A stretch of 64,000 nt of DNA from Candidatus Limnocylindrales bacterium (GTDB lineage: Bacteria > Chloroflexota > Limnocylindria > Limnocylindrales > CSP1-4): positions 212,394 through 276,393 of the forward strand of contig JBEKMM010000003.1 in assembly GCA_050008515.1 (NCBI GenBank). The letters are read 5' to 3'. Below are positions 63,360 to 64,000 of this stretch, piece after piece. Under the pieces are notes generated by a model, which worked only from the letters and a program-made list of their open reading frames with translations, made no database searches and was not told the origin of the DNA. The position numbers were made by a program, and so were the translations under genes. Within the stretch, counting starts at the first letter, position 1, and every line of letters starts with the position of its first letter.

Positions 63360-64000
63360 CGGTTGCCCCATTCCAGGCCCATCGGCAGATCCTCGCGCTC
63401 GCCGGGCCTGGGAACGGGATCGACCCGCACGAAGGTCTCGTGGCCGAACATCTGCGCCAGCCCCTCCCGAACCTCCGGATCGTCCCACTGCCGGCCGCGC
63501 ATCTGACTGTCGTGGCAGGCCAGGGCCGCGACCTTGCGGTCCAGCACCTCGCCGATCGCCACGATCGTGGTGATCTCCTCGTCGGGCCGGGCCAGCCGCT
63601 CGAACGCCTCCTGCTGACGCAGGTCGTCGTCGGACGGTGGCGTCGTGTCGCCGGAGCGGCGCCGCTCCTCCTCCATCGCCGCGCGCATGCCCGCGACGCG
63701 GGACCGGGGCAGAGCCTGGTGGTAGAGAGCGACGGGACCGCCCGGCTCCGCAGCCGCTCGCCGATAGGCCTCGGTCGCGCGCGCCGAACACGTGGTGTGG
63801 TCCGGGTGCCCGTAGACCCCGCCCGGATCGAAGGTCACGATTACCGCCGGCCGCAGCCGCCGGATCACCTCGACCATCCGCTGCACGACTTCCTCGGGAT
63901 CGGCCGTGGCCAGCGAGCCTTCCGGCGCGCCCCAGCCCTCCATGCCCGAGTCGCGGTAGCCGAGGAAGATCGGCTCGGAGATCCCCATCTCCCTGCACGC
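63356..64000 (-). CDS. PIG-L/LmbE-family deacetylase (5' end outside the window)
   Basis: 'FLGYRDSGM' and 'VVTFDPGGVYGHPDHT'. The frame stays open to the window edge. Confidence 0.8.
   Translation of the reverse strand, partial: ACREMGISEPIFLGYRDSGMEGWGAPEGSLATADPEEVVQRMVEVIRRLRPAVIVTFDPGGVYGHPDHTTCSARATEAYRRAAAEPGGPVALYHQALPRSRVAGMRAAMEEERRRSGDTTPPSDDDLRQQEAFERLARPDEEITTIVAIGEVLDRKVAALACHDSQMRGRQWDDPEVREGLAQMFGHETFVRVDPVPRPGEREDLPMGLEWGNR

Overview
This is a very GC-rich bacterial chromosomal segment. The coding style (GTG/TTG starts, ATGA/GTGA-coupled genes, long Arg/Pro-rich shadow ORFs on the opposite strand) fits a high-GC Actinomycetota/Chloroflexota-like genome, but the taxon cannot be fixed from here. 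I support about 60 protein genes and two tRNA-Ala genes. I see no rRNA, CRISPR array, transposase or integrase.

Recognisable housekeeping content:
- a glk-gap-pgk-eno glycolysis operon on the minus strand
- leuS
- comEA-comEC-HD-holA
- cysE-cysK
- an OmpR/histidine-kinase pair
- an ECF sigma factor with a membrane partner
- a COG4586-type ABC-2 transporter
- proline dehydrogenase
- an S9 peptidase
- an AlkA-like glycosylase

Most notable items:
1. A LexA-box-controlled imuA'-imuB-(small ORF)-dnaE2 mutasome cassette. Its DnaE2 carries two large in-frame low-complexity insertions that share a repeated ~65-nt module.
2. A redox cluster: three tandem paralogous mini membrane proteins, ApbE, a di-heme ferric-reductase-like membrane protein, a 7Fe ferredoxin and a frameshifted FNR.
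3. A dispersed intergenic repeat family sitting 5' of three consecutive minus-strand genes (two encoding secreted beta-propeller lipoproteins), next to the two-component system.
4. An orphan 469-aa protein with a Pol-beta/CD-NTase-type GS...DxD signature.
5. Two candidate cis/trans RNA elements ending in clean intrinsic terminators: a cysE leader and a G-rich element upstream of tRNA-Ala(GGC).

All family assignments come from reading the supplied translations. No database search was run.
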